Source of the DNA: an uncultured Collinsella sp.
GTDB lineage: Bacteria > Actinomycetota > Coriobacteriia > Coriobacteriales > Coriobacteriaceae
Direction: 5' to 3'
NCBI GenBank assembly: GCA_900768265.1
Contig: CAAGCF010000004.1
Coordinates: forward strand, 25,881-89,880
Length of the DNA: 64,000 bases
Every line of letters starts with the position of its first letter. The stretch's first letter is position 1. The position numbers were made by a program, and so were the translations under genes. The notes under the pieces were generated by a model that was not told where the DNA came from, did no database searches, and saw only the letters and a list, made by a program, of their open reading frames with translations. This document shows, in pieces, positions 39,716-53,584 of this stretch.

Positions 39716-40432
39716 TTAGCGCTTCTTCTTGTTCTTCTTCTGCTTACGCTGCTTGGCCTTCGCGCTCTTGGGCTCGCTTTCCTGCTTGGCCTTGGCAGCG
39801 GCCTTTTCGGCCTTCATCTTCTTGCGTTTGGTCTCGATGCGGAGTTTTTTGTTGATGCGCGCCTTAAGGAAGGGGCCAAACTGCTCGGCATCGCCGCGGA
39901 CAAAGGTGTCCTTAGGGATCGTCACGCCCTGGTCGGCGAACATGGCTACAAAGATGCGCTCGCCGTCGAGTACGTGGTCGAGTTTCTCAAACGGGAAGAA
40001 CTGCGACTTGCCGCTCTTGCCCCAGACCATCAGGCCGTCCTCGTTGACGGCGACGCGGCGGTAGCGGCCGCCCATGGACTCGTCTGCCTCGACGGCTTCG
40101 ATAAAGTCGCGCGCGAGCGTATGGTGCAGATTTTTGCTCCACCAGGCCAAAAAGGCGCCGAACACGATCAGGACGACGCCGAACTTGATCCAGCTGCCGC
40201 CGGCCACCAGCATGCCAATACCCAGCAGGGCGGCAATGGCGGCGGCGACGTACAGGGAGCCGCGGCGCCTGGGCGAGGCAACCAAGCGGGCGAAATCGGT
40301 GACGAGGTCGTTTTCGTACTGATACTCGTTAAGGTACAGGATGCCGTCATCGGCTGCTGCCTGCGCCTCGAGCGCGACCTCGACCTGGTCGGCTGCTTCG
40401 GAGGGAACGAGGTTGCTCTCTACGTCTGCCAT
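39716..40432 (-). CDS. YcxB-like membrane protein
   Basis: Two TM helices and C-terminal IPK..F motif; Lys-rich tail. Confidence 0.7.
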   Translation of the reverse strand: MADVESNLVPSEAADQVEVALEAQAAADDGILYLNEYQYENDLVTDFARLVASPRRRGSLYVAAAIAALLGIGMLVAGGSWIKFGVVLIVFGAFLAWWSKNLHHTLARDFIEAVEADESMGGRYRRVAVNEDGLMVWGKSGKSQFFPFEKLDHVLDGERIFVAMFADQGVTIPKDTFVRGDAEQFGPFLKARINKKLRIETKRKKMKAEKAAAKAKQESEPKSAKAKQRKQKKNKKKR

Positions 40433-40547
40433 GCTCTTTGGACTCCTATCGCGGCGGGCTCGCCGTACGGGTTATTATGAATGCAGTATGCCGTGCGACC
40501 GCATGGCCGTCGCGGCAACAAGACTCAGTATACCCGGGGGAGCACCC

Positions 40548-42953
40548 ATGGAATCGTTGTACCGAAAGTATCGCCCGCTCACCTTCGACTCCGTGGTGGG
40601 CCAGCAGCATATCGTCTCGACGCTCGAGCACGCCATTACCGAGGGGCGCCTGTCCCACGCGTACCTGTTTTGCGGTCCGCGCGGCACGGGCAAGACCACC
40701 ATGGCGCGCATCCTTGCCAAGGCGCTGCTGTGCCGCAATGCCGAGGCGGCGCGCGCCGAGGGTGCGAGCGGCTGCATGCCCGACGGCACCTGTGAGGAAT
40801 GCGAGCTCATCGCCGAGGGCAACCACCCAGACGTCTACGAGCTCGATGCCGCAAGCCGTACCGGCGTAGACAACGTGCGCGAGGAGATCATCAACTCCGT
40901 TAACTTTGCCCCGGTGCGTGGCAAGTACAAGATCTATATCATCGACGAGGTCCACATGCTCACGACGGCGGCGTTTAACGCGCTGCTCAAGACGCTCGAG
41001 GAGCCGCCGGCGCACGTGATCTTTGTGTTGTGCACCACCGACCCGCAAAAGATTCTGGAGACCATCCTCTCGCGCTGCCAGCGTTTCGATTTCCACCGCA
41101 TCGGTAACGAGGATATCGAGCGCCGCCTGGCATACGTGTGCGAGCAGGAGGGCTTCGACTACGACGACGAGGCGCTTGCCATCGTGGCGCGCCATGCCAA
41201 GGGCGGTATGCGCGACGCGCTTTCCACGCTGGAGCAGCTGAGCGTTTTTGGCAACGGAGCCGTGCATGCGGACGACGCCCGCTCGCTTTTGGGCGAAGTT
41301 CCGGACCAGATTCTGGGCGAGTTTGCGCGCGCCATTGCCAATCGTGATGTCGCCGAGCTGTATGGGCTTATTCGCGCGCAGGTCGAGGAAGGCAATGACC
41401 TGCTTGAGCTGACGCGCGACCTGGTGGCGCATGTGCGCGATGTGTATGTGGCCTGCGTTGCCGGTGCCCGTGCCGAGCTGTTTGAGGGCGGTGCCGAGCA
41501 GGCCGAGGCACTCGCTGCCGAGGCCGCTGCCTTTGGCGAGCATCCTGCCGACCGTCTGGCCCGCGTGCTGACGGTGCTCGACGATGCCGCGTTGGAGATG
41601 AGGGGTGCGAGCGACGTGCGCCTGGTGCTCGAGATCGCCTGCACGCGTCTGGCACGTCCCGAGGCCGATCTGACCATTGAGGCTCTGGCCGAGCGCGTGG
41701 CGCGTCTGGAGGCCATGGTTGCCAACGCCGCCGTTCCGGCGAGCGTTGCTGCTGCTCAAGCGGGTGCGCCTGCGGCAGTCGCGGCTGCACCTGCGACGAC
41801 ACAGCAACCGACGCTGATCTCGGGTGCCCGAGCTGCTACTCCTGCGGCGACCGCCACCCCCGCTGCTACGTCCGTGCATCAGGGTGGCATGCCTTGGGAC
41901 CGCGGCGCTGCTGTTCCGGCAGCCCAGTCTGCGCCCAAGTCCGCGGCTCCGGCTCCTGCGCCAAAACCTGTAACGCCTGCACCTCAACCCGTTGCGGCCC
42001 CGGCTCCCTCACCTGCCACTGTGCCGGCACGTCAGTCCCAGCCCAACAACGCCGCCCAGGTTGCTGCCGCCGGCGCCGCCGAGACCCCTGCGGTTGAGGA
42101 TGCCGGCGAGCTTCAGCGCAAATGGGCTGAGGTCGTCGAGCGCGTCAAGGCGCGCCAGGCCTCCTACGCAGGGCTTTTGCTCAACGCCCGCGCCACGGCC
42201 GACGACGGTTCCAAGCTCACGGTTTCGTTCCCCGCGGGCTCGACCTTTGCCATCAAGATGCTCGGACGCGCCGACACGCAGTCGGTGGTCCTGCCGACAG
42301 TCAGTGCGGTCTTCGGTCGTCGTACCGTCGACTATGTCTTGGATGGGGGTGGCACGCCGGCTCCTCAACATGAGGAGCATTCTCCATCTGCACGGGCTGC
42401 GGCATCTGCGGACCCGCAACCCGTGTCCTCGGCGGCCCCTGAACCCGCTGTGCCCAAACCGGCTGCTCCGGTCCCCGCGCCCAATCCCGCCGCCGCGCCT
42501 GCGCCCAAGTCATCCGACCTGGCCAAGGCACCCTGGCTGCGCTCTGACAACCCTGCTGGCGCTCCTGCCACGGGCAAGCTCCCGACCGAGCCCGCACCCC
42601 GAGCGCCCGAGCGCGCGTCCGCTCCCAAGGCTCAGCCCGCCGCGCCGTCTGCGCCGTGGGAATCCGAGCAGGTGCCCTATGACGACGCCATGGTCGGCGG
42701 TTTTGCTGCCGATGCCGGCGGGGACGATCTGCCCCCGTTCGACGTGCCGGGTGCGGCGTCCGCGCCCAAGCCCGCTGCAACTGCCCCCAAAGAGGAGGAC
42801 GCTCCTGCGGCTCCCTGGGAGTCCAACCCCGGCGCGGGCAGTCCCTTCGGCCATCAAGGCGCAGCTCCAAGCATCCCGCAGACCGAGGACGAGGCCAAAG
42901 CCCTCATCCGCAGTGTCTTCGGCCAGTCCACCATCTTCAAACCGGTGGAGTAG
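40548..42953 (+). CDS. dnaX: DNA polymerase III gamma/tau
   Basis: LYRKYRP, GPRGTGKT, DEVHML, SRC; Pro/Ala-rich C-terminus. Confidence 0.96.
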   Translation: MESLYRKYRPLTFDSVVGQQHIVSTLEHAITEGRLSHAYLFCGPRGTGKTTMARILAKALLCRNAEAARAEGASGCMPDGTCEECELIAEGNHPDVYELDAASRTGVDNVREEIINSVNFAPVRGKYKIYIIDEVHMLTTAAFNALLKTLEEPPAHVIFVLCTTDPQKILETILSRCQRFDFHRIGNEDIERRLAYVCEQEGFDYDDEALAIVARHAKGGMRDALSTLEQLSVFGNGAVHADDARSLLGEVPDQILGEFARAIANRDVAELYGLIRAQVEEGNDLLELTRDLVAHVRDVYVACVAGARAELFEGGAEQAEALAAEAAAFGEHPADRLARVLTVLDDAALEMRGASDVRLVLEIACTRLARPEADLTIEALAERVARLEAMVANAAVPASVAAAQAGAPAAVAAAPATTQQPTLISGARAATPAATATPAATSVHQGGMPWDRGAAVPAAQSAPKSAAPAPAPKPVTPAPQPVAAPAPSPATVPARQSQPNNAAQVAAAGAAETPAVEDAGELQRKWAEVVERVKARQASYAGLLLNARATADDGSKLTVSFPAGSTFAIKMLGRADTQSVVLPTVSAVFGRRTVDYVLDGGGTPAPQHEEHSPSARAAASADPQPVSSAAPEPAVPKPAAPVPAPNPAAAPAPKSSDLAKAPWLRSDNPAGAPATGKLPTEPAPRAPERASAPKAQPAAPSAPWESEQVPYDDAMVGGFAADAGGDDLPPFDVPGAASAPKPAATAPKEEDAPAAPWESNPGAGSPFGHQGAAPSIPQTEDEAKALIRSVFGQSTIFKPVE

Positions 42954-42974
42954 CTGCGCAGGCGGGTATACCGC

Positions 42975-43448
42975 TCAAGAAGAGGGCTCAATGTCCGGGC
43001 GCATCTGTATTTCGGACATGTGTAGCGTGGTGCCGCGTATCTCGCATTCGAGCAGACAGATGCGTGACGGTCGGCCTAGGGTGCTGAGGTCGACACGATA
43101 CGTCGCATGGCTGTCCGTGTGCTCGACTTGCTCGGCGTTAACGGTTGCTCCGAGTGCCAATAAAGAGCCCGGTTCGGCATCGACAATCTTGAAGTCCTTT
43201 ATCTTGACCTTGAAGTCTTGGTAGAGGGACGGGCTGTTGTAGTAAACAGTTCGGGTTCCATCGGTGCACTCATCGGTCGCTTCCCATTTGACGACCGGCT
43301 GGTCCGAGCTTGCTATCAGCAGTTCTGCTCCAAAAGCTACGGCATGGGTGATGACAACCAGCAATGCCCAGCCGACAAAGAGATAGAGAACCACATGTGC
43401 AACGGGGTGTTTTGAGCGGATGTTTTGGAGCATGTCGGGGGCATTCAT
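42975..43448 (-). CDS. Hypothetical membrane-anchored protein
   Basis: 157 aa, SD GGAGGT, N-terminal TM, lower GC. Confidence 0.7.
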   Translation of the reverse strand: MNAPDMLQNIRSKHPVAHVVLYLFVGWALLVVITHAVAFGAELLIASSDQPVVKWEATDECTDGTRTVYYNSPSLYQDFKVKIKDFKIVDAEPGSLLALGATVNAEQVEHTDSHATYRVDLSTLGRPSRICLLECEIRGTTLHMSEIQMRPDIEPSS

Positions 43449-43788
43449 GGGGCACCTCCAAATTGCTATCTATGGCAATCAAATTATACCCCGCCGCCAC
43501 GCGCGCCACCCCGAGCAGCGGTCCGGCATTTTGGTATCTAGCTGGATGCATAAAATGTCGGATTACGGCTCTACAAGATTTAGCTTTCAATATTATGCAG
43601 ATGCGAATTATTCAACTTTGCATAATCTTTGGGCGCTGCTTGCGCTCCAGGACATGTATATCGACTGAGGTAGCGCGTCCGCCCCGCTCGCTGGCCTCGC
43701 GCCGTGGTACGATTTTTGAGTTTGAAAGTCCCGCCGCGCTCCGGCTGCCCTTGCAGCTCGGCGTGCGGCCGCACGTAAAGGAGCCATT

Positions 43789-44109
43789 ATGGCCGGTATG
43801 AACATGCAGCAGATGATGAAGCAGGCCCGCAAGATGCAGGAGCAGCTTGCCGCCGCGCAGGAGAACCTCAAGTCCCAGACCGTCGACGCCTCCGCCGGCG
43901 GCGGCATGGTCAAGGTGACCGTTAACGGCGAGATGGAGCTCGTCAACCTCACCATCGATCCCGATGCCCTCGATCCCGAGGACGTCGATATGCTGCAGGA
44001 CATGATCATGGCTGCCGTCAACGAGGCCGTTCGCGGCGTCAACGAGCTTGCCAACAAGCAGATGGGCGCCATCACCGGCGGCCTCAACATCCCGGGCATG
44101 CCGTTCTAA
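43789..44109 (+). CDS. ybaB: YbaB/EbfC nucleoid-associated protein
   Basis: [24 protein letters not shown]; before recR. Confidence 0.95.
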   Translation: MAGMNMQQMMKQARKMQEQLAAAQENLKSQTVDASAGGGMVKVTVNGEMELVNLTIDPDALDPEDVDMLQDMIMAAVNEAVRGVNELANKQMGAITGGLNIPGMPF

Positions 44110-44122
44110 GACACGCATATAT

Positions 44123-44719
44123 ATGAGTGCGAATCACAGTCTGCAAAAACTGCTCGATGAGCTGGGTCGTCTGCCGGGCATTGGTCCCAAGTCAGCCCAG
44201 CGCATCGCCTATTACCTGCTCGAGGCCGATGTCGAGGAGGCCCGCCGCCTGGCCGAGGCCATCCTGGAGGTTAAGCAGGAGGTCCATTTTTGCAGTCGTT
44301 GCTTTAACTACGCCACGGCCGACGAGTGCTCCATCTGCCAGGACCCGATGCGCGATACCACTCGCATTTGCGTGGTGGGCGAGCCGCGCGACGTCCAGGC
44401 AATCGAGCGCACGGGCAGCTACCATGGCCTGTACCATGTGTTGGGCGGCGTGATCAGCCCCATGGACAAGATCGGTCCCGAGCAGCTGCATATCCGCGAG
44501 CTGCTGGCGCGCCTGGGCCACGAGGACATCCACGAGGTCATTATCGCCACCAACCCCAACATTGAGGGCGAGACCACGGCGAGCTACCTTGCTCGCACCA
44601 TCAAGCCATTGGGCGTTGAGGTATCGCGTCTTGCGAGCGGCCTTCCCGTGGGCGGCGACTTGGAGTATGCCGACGAGCTTACGCTTGGCCGCGCTATCGA
44701 GGCCCGCCGCGCGATCTAA
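44123..44719 (+). CDS. recR: Recombination mediator RecR
   Basis: [12 protein letters not shown]4 zinc finger, [21 protein letters not shown]. Confidence 0.96.
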   Translation: MSANHSLQKLLDELGRLPGIGPKSAQRIAYYLLEADVEEARRLAEAILEVKQEVHFCSRCFNYATADECSICQDPMRDTTRICVVGEPRDVQAIERTGSYHGLYHVLGGVISPMDKIGPEQLHIRELLARLGHEDIHEVIIATNPNIEGETTASYLARTIKPLGVEVSRLASGLPVGGDLEYADELTLGRAIEARRAI

Positions 44720-44905
44720 GCGGCGTCAGCTCCGCGGCATGTCCCGTCGTCCTGCCGCACGGGGCACTCATAACCGAGCGCGCGTTCATGCATTTGTTGT
44801 GCAACAAACCTGCTTTTCATCCGCTTATCGCGTGGATGGGTCCGCTCGCACCTCGTATTTGCCCATTCGTTGCGCAACCTTTTGGGTTCGCTGATACACT
44901 CAAAT

Positions 44906-45871
44906 ATGGATATGAAAGAATGCGCCGCTCCTGAGCGGCGTGTTTTTGTTGGAGGAGAACGCATACGGCCCGGGGGCACTCAGACAAAGCGTGGCGCCAC
45001 GGTGCGCATGCGACGCCGGCTGGGCCTGGCGCCTCGGGCGTATGTGCTGCTGTCTTGCTCGCTCGTGCTGGTCATAGCCGGTGTTTCGGCTTATGGCATG
45101 ACGGTGCCGTCCATGGTGCAGGCGCATGCTGCGCGCGAGTTGCATATTGGGCGCAAGGCCAAAAGCGACTTGGGAACGACAACTGGATATGCGTGGGCGA
45201 GCGTGGTCTCGCATGTTGTGTTCGGTGGCGACGATGCGGACAGTCCCGAAACATCGGACAACGAGGTTACGCTGGCAAACGGCAAGACCATCGTGCTCAC
45301 CAACACCAAGATCATCACGAAGCTTTCCAATAACAGCGTGGCTTCTGTCGTTAACAAGACGGAGCAGCAGAAGGAACAGGATACGCAGCAGACGGGTAAG
45401 CCCGGCGGCTCCGACGGGTCCGGTTCTGGCACCGGTTCGACGGGCTCGGACGGCGGTTCCGGTTCGGGCTCCGCCTCTGGCGGTGGATCTTCGAGTGGTG
45501 GCTCGACGGACGGCGGTGCCGGCGGCGACACGGGCTCGGGTGGTCTCTCGGCTGCCGAGGAGGAGAGTATCCACAGTTGGCTCGTGACCAAATACAACAT
45601 GCTCGATGGCTATGTCGCCCGCGCCAATAGCGTGGTGTCGACCTATAACGCCACGGGCGATACCGGACCGTGCGACACCCTGGCGAATGACATGTTTGTT
45701 ATCCGTGCCGAGTTTGGTCGACAAAGGTTCTCGACCAAATCTAAGTGGTATCGGCAGTATGCCAATCTGTGGGGCTGCTATACCAACCTGTGTCAATGGG
45801 TTGGGCACTACGGCAACGACGACGTCGCGCTCAACAACTTCAACACCAATGTGGCGGCGATCGCCCTATGA
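44906..45871 (+). CDS. Hypothetical membrane-anchored protein with Gly/Ser linker (start uncertain)
   Basis: TM helix, GS-rich linker, Cys/Tyr/Trp-containing C-terminal domain; ATGA overlap with next gene. Confidence 0.7.
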   Translation: MDMKECAAPERRVFVGGERIRPGGTQTKRGATVRMRRRLGLAPRAYVLLSCSLVLVIAGVSAYGMTVPSMVQAHAARELHIGRKAKSDLGTTTGYAWASVVSHVVFGGDDADSPETSDNEVTLANGKTIVLTNTKIITKLSNNSVASVVNKTEQQKEQDTQQTGKPGGSDGSGSGTGSTGSDGGSGSGSASGGGSSSGGSTDGGAGGDTGSGGLSAAEEESIHSWLVTKYNMLDGYVARANSVVSTYNATGDTGPCDTLANDMFVIRAEFGRQRFSTKSKWYRQYANLWGCYTNLCQWVGHYGNDDVALNNFNTNVAAIAL

Positions 45872-47709
45872 CGAACGACCTCGCTTCTACGGCAGCCCAG
45901 TCGCTCAACCGTGATCCCATGGTGGGCCTGCGCCTGGCGCGCGTCGACGGGTTTGAGCCGGCCGTCGCCCTGGGCACGGACGAGCTTCCCGCCTACCTGC
46001 GCCGTTTTACGATGCTGTTTGCCGATGACGCCACCATGCGCCGCGGCGGTATCGGTCGTGTGACGCGTGCCGTCAACGCGCAGGGCGAGGCCGTGGCGCT
46101 CAAGCAGCTCATCTTGCCATCGCGCGACGAATTTGATGACGATGTCGCCCGCGAGGCGCTGGTCACCAAGTTCAAGGCGGCGTTTCGCGAGGAATATGAA
46201 TGCCATCGTGCCCTTTCGGGCCTTAAGGGCTTTCCCCGCCTATACGGGTGGGGCGAGGTCGACGGCGTGCCCGCGATTGTTATGGAGTGGGTCGAGGGCG
46301 AGACGCTCGCTCGCCTGCGCTCGCGCCTTGCCGTGGACGATGCCGGGCGTCTGTCGCCGCTCGTGGCGGCGCGCCTGGGTCGCGACCTGTTCGATCTGCT
46401 CTGCCGCATGAGCTTGGTAGGCGAGGGGTTCGTCCATCGCGATATCTCGCCCGCTAATATTATGGTGCGCACGTCGCGCCTGCCGCTCGACCGACAGCTT
46501 GCCGAAGGCACTTTCGACCTGTGCTTGATCGACTTTGGCTCGTCGCTGGCGCTCGAGCCCGCCTCTGCGGTGGCCGGCACCGGCGGCAAGGCGTCGTTTA
46601 CCGAGCGCTATGCCACGTTGCGCCGCGCGACGGTGGCCTACGCCCCGCCCGAGATGCTCACCGACGATATTCCCGACCTGCGCATGCTTCGCACGTCGCC
46701 GGCAATCGATGTCTATGCGGCGGCGAGTACGGTCTACGAGCTCATCGCCGGTGTCGCGCCGTACGAAGTAGCACCGGGTGCGTCGGGTACTTCGGGCTCG
46801 CGCAAAAAGACGCGCGATATCGCCAGCCCTTATCGCCTCAAGATGGATACGCTGCCCGATTATCCCGTCGGCGCCCATGCGCCCGGCTGCGACTTGACGC
46901 AACTGCTGCGACGCGAGCCCGATGTGGCACTTGCCGCGGCCGAGCAGGCTCAGCAGCTGGGGCTCGATCCAAATTCCGAGGATCTGCGCGATGCGCTGGC
47001 GTTTGTCGACGCTCAGCTGTTCGATGTGGTGATGGTCTGCCTGTCCTGCCATCAGGAAGATCGTCCCGAGCCGGCTGCGGTGGAGGCGGCGCTCTCGGCA
47101 TTTTGCGACCACTATGCGCAAAATGTCGCCCGCTCGCTTCGCGCCGAGCCGCTCATGCCGTGCCCGATGGAGGTATCGGGGCATACAGCCCGGCGCGCGG
47201 TGATGGTTGGTGCGACGGCGGCATGCGGCGTGCTTTGGGCTGTGGTCGTGGTATCAGCGGCGCTGTTGGTGTCGGGCGCCCATGTGACGATTGCCGCGGG
47301 GCCTCTTATGTGGTCCGGGAAGCTGCCGGCCATTGCCGCCGCGCTGGCGTTGGCACTGCCGGGCATGGCGGGCATCGCTGCCGGGGCCTTGGCGCGCGAT
47401 CGCCGCGCGGGATTCCTGCAGGGCGTGTTGGCCCTTTCTGCCTGCGAGGTTCCGGCTCTGGCCGCACTCGCATGTGCCGTGTTTTCCCAGCATGCCGTGG
47501 CGGGTGGCCTGGTGGCCGCCATAATTGCAACCTATGCGCTCACGTGGTTTTTGCTGGCGATGGGGTTTGCCTTTGAGCTTCCCGTCGTGTCAGCACGACG
47601 TGCGAAAATTCCCATGGCGACGCCGCTTGCCGGCGGAGCCGCGGCTGCCCGCGCCTTTGGCGGGACGGCCGAAGTATCCGACGCTATCTCTGCGACCAAG
47701 GAGGGCTAA
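45868..47709 (+). CDS. Ser/Thr kinase with C-terminal TM helices
   Basis: GGIGRV, VALK, HRDISPAN, DFG, YAPPE, DVYA; about 4 TM helices. Confidence 0.87.
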   Translation: MTNDLASTAAQSLNRDPMVGLRLARVDGFEPAVALGTDELPAYLRRFTMLFADDATMRRGGIGRVTRAVNAQGEAVALKQLILPSRDEFDDDVAREALVTKFKAAFREEYECHRALSGLKGFPRLYGWGEVDGVPAIVMEWVEGETLARLRSRLAVDDAGRLSPLVAARLGRDLFDLLCRMSLVGEGFVHRDISPANIMVRTSRLPLDRQLAEGTFDLCLIDFGSSLALEPASAVAGTGGKASFTERYATLRRATVAYAPPEMLTDDIPDLRMLRTSPAIDVYAAASTVYELIAGVAPYEVAPGASGTSGSRKKTRDIASPYRLKMDTLPDYPVGAHAPGCDLTQLLRREPDVALAAAEQAQQLGLDPNSEDLRDALAFVDAQLFDVVMVCLSCHQEDRPEPAAVEAALSAFCDHYAQNVARSLRAEPLMPCPMEVSGHTARRAVMVGATAACGVLWAVVVVSAALLVSGAHVTIAAGPLMWSGKLPAIAAALALALPGMAGIAAGALARDRRAGFLQGVLALSACEVPALAALACAVFSQHAVAGGLVAAIIATYALTWFLLAMGFAFELPVVSARRAKIPMATPLAGGAAAARAFGGTAEVSDAISATKEG

Positions 47710-47712
47710 GCC

Positions 47713-48651
47713 ATGGCTTCTCAAGCCGAGCTCACCCCGTGCGGGGCAATGTTTGACATCTTTAAGCGCGCTGCGCACCTGAGCCATATCGAACTGTGCG
47801 GCCTGGTGCTCTCGAGCCGCCCGCTCGCCGATGGCCGTAGCCCTCAGAGCCGTGCCGCCGATCGCTCCTGGGTTTCGCGCTTTATCGTGCGCGCGCCGGT
47901 CGGCACGCTGCAGGAACGTTATTTTGCCGATTACGGCACCTCGGCCGCACGCATTATGTCGCAGCTGGCCTTGCGCCGTCGCAATCCCATGGACGCCGCG
48001 GCCGTGACCAATATGGTGTGCGGCCCCGCTGGCGAGCCCATGGTGCGGGCACTCGAGGAATGCCATCAGGACACGAATCTCTATCGCAATGCGCTCGAGC
48101 GCCTGTCGCAGGCGGCTGAGCTCATGCCCGCCGAGCGCGCCGAGGCCATCCTGGTGCTGTTTGTCGCCGTGGGCTGCTCGGCAGATGTCCGCTCGTCGGT
48201 GACCTATGCCATCGACTACGCTCATGCGACCTGTGGCGGCGCCACGTCGACGCCGCGCTCGCTGAGCACATCTTCGGTCGCGGGCGAGCACGAGGTCGCG
48301 CCGGCGCATCCGCTGGGACTGCTGCGCGTGCAAAACGGCTACGTGGTGAGCGCCCCGCGCTGGATTCAACCGAGTGAGGAAGGCGTCGAGATCGGCGCGC
48401 TGGCAACGGGGGAGGGCGACATCACCGACGTCGGCGACGACGTCTCGGCCCGTCATGCCCATATCTGGTGCGACGATTCCGGCACATGGTTTGTCGAGGA
48501 CCTGTCATCCACGAACGGCACCGTGGTGGTAAACGGGGCCACGAGCGTGTGTATTCAAGTAGAGCCCGGTCGTTCCGCCCAGCTCAACCCCGGCGACGAG
48601 CTCAAGCTCGGCGAATCCACCACCTACGCCATCCTCCTCGGCGCCCTCTAG
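47713..48651 (+). CDS. FHA-domain protein with unknown N-terminal domain
   Basis: C-terminal VSARHA..DLSSTNGT..L.PGD. Confidence 0.85.
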   Translation: MASQAELTPCGAMFDIFKRAAHLSHIELCGLVLSSRPLADGRSPQSRAADRSWVSRFIVRAPVGTLQERYFADYGTSAARIMSQLALRRRNPMDAAAVTNMVCGPAGEPMVRALEECHQDTNLYRNALERLSQAAELMPAERAEAILVLFVAVGCSADVRSSVTYAIDYAHATCGGATSTPRSLSTSSVAGEHEVAPAHPLGLLRVQNGYVVSAPRWIQPSEEGVEIGALATGEGDITDVGDDVSARHAHIWCDDSGTWFVEDLSSTNGTVVVNGATSVCIQVEPGRSAQLNPGDELKLGESTTYAILLGAL

Positions 48652-48700
48652 CCGGCAGTTAGGGACGTTCCTTTCCTGCCGGCAGTCGGGGACACTCCTT
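48651..48700. repeat. REP-like hairpin units with GGGAC core
   Basis: GCCGGCAG-TTAGGGACGTTCCTTTC-CTGCCGGC followed by a second GGGGACACTCCTT unit. Confidence 0.55.
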
Positions 48701-49101
48701 GGCGCGCCAGGGCCAGTCGCCCGGGGATGGAGGGACCATTTTGGCCCTTGACGGTCACCCGAGGTAAACCTTTACCGCCCACCTATATTTGCCGAAATAT
48801 GGCCTGACGGCGGGGTACAATAAGCCCGCATGCGGATTTCCGTTGCGGGCGCTTCCCATCGCCGGGGCGTGCCCGGGAGCATCCGGCATGCGGCCTTTGC
48901 GGCGCTCGGTCATGTGCAAGACGGGTAGCTGGGCCTGTGGAGCGCGTGCAGCCCTCCTCGCCTCGGCAGCCTTCTCTCCACGCCATGTACCTGCTGCTGA
49001 GTCCGCCTGCCAGATGATTGGAAGCAACAGCGAAAATCCCATCACGCCAACATCCCGGCGATCGCCGGGGCCTGTATACCTATATGAGAGGAGAGGGGTA
49101 T

Positions 49102-52641
<3,540 letters not shown>

Positions 52642-52651
52642 GTCTCTCACC

Positions 52652-52776
52652 GCAGGATCTGAGGGCTGACCTTCGCGGACGTCCTCGGACATGAAAGAAC
52701 CCCCGCTGCGCACTACGTGCGGCGGGGGTTCTTTCGTCCTGCGGAATGTCCGCGAAAGTCAGCCCTCAGATACTGC
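52652..52776 (+). terminator. Terminator nested in a long outer inverted repeat
   Basis: Inner GAAAGAACCCCCGC/GCGGGGGTTCTTTC (52693-52735); outer 29-bp arms 52652-52680 and 52748-52776. Confidence 0.75.
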
Positions 52777-53057
52777 TACGACTACGTCCTCGGATTGTGG
52801 GGCTGAATGAAGGACGTGGTCGGTGGGGCCTTTTGTCCCCTTCGCTGTTTCGCGGCTTTGCCGCGAAAACTCGCGTTACTTTGGGAAAGGGCTGGGGACT
52901 TGGTTGTTACCGCCTTTTATCCCTTTGCTTTTTCGCGCCTTTGGCTCGAAACGTGCAGCGCTATGGAGAGGGCTGGGGACGCTGTTGTTGGCGTCTTCAG
53001 CCCTCTGATTACTACTTTGTGTCCCGTGGTGGGACTTTGTTGGTGCTACCTGGTTGT

Positions 53058-53582
53058 TTACCTTGTCTCGCCGCTCTCTGTGCGTAGGCGGTAGCCGTGG
53101 ACGAGGTCGCTAATAGCCGGCCAGGGAATCTGGCGGTCGACCCAAAATTGGAGCTGGACCAGATAGCGCTCGGTGGCGCGGGTGAGGGCCGCAAACTGTT
53201 CGTGAGTCTCTACCTGGGCGTAGAGGTCGCGGCTGTGGGCGAGGATTGCCGTGGTGTCATCCATTTTGCCGGTGACGTCGAAGGCACCCGAGAACCAGTC
53301 GCACAGGCGCGCGGCACTGTTGTTGATCGTTGCGAGGTCGGCGGTGCCGTCGTTGGCGTTTTCGTTGGCCTGGGCTCGCAGGAGGGAGAGAGCGTCGGTG
53401 GCGTTCATACAGTAGCCGACGGTGAAGTTCCAGACGGCGAATTCGCGGCCGGTGTCGAGCTTGCGGCGGCGCATGTAGTCGATGTCGCGGGGCTCCTCGA
53501 GCATCATTTGGTCGGCGAGGGCTTCAAGTGCAGTGGCGTACTCAGCAAGGTCGAGCGTGAGTAGGGTGTTGATATCCATCAT
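53058..53582 (-). CDS. Cucumopine synthase/McbB C-terminal helical-bundle-like protein
   Basis: 174 aa, SD GGAGG; LEEPRDI near N-terminus and VET.EQF..L....Y...L..W....PW near C-terminus. Confidence 0.65.
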   Translation of the reverse strand: MMDINTLLTLDLAEYATALEALADQMMLEEPRDIDYMRRRKLDTGREFAVWNFTVGYCMNATDALSLLRAQANENANDGTADLATINNSAARLCDWFSGAFDVTGKMDDTTAILAHSRDLYAQVETHEQFAALTRATERYLVQLQFWVDRQIPWPAISDLVHGYRLRTESGETR

Positions 53583-53584
53583 CT

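Noticed and set aside
40433..40547. SRP RNA (ffs) near dnaX
   Set aside because: The conserved domain IV motif was not found
40548..42953. dnaX programmed frameshift or unusual length
   Set aside because: No A-rich slippery heptamer seen; Pro/Ala-rich extensions are common in actinobacterial DnaX
48790..49101. Riboswitch in the long nifJ leader
   Set aside because: GC-rich hairpins present but no recognisable aptamer consensus
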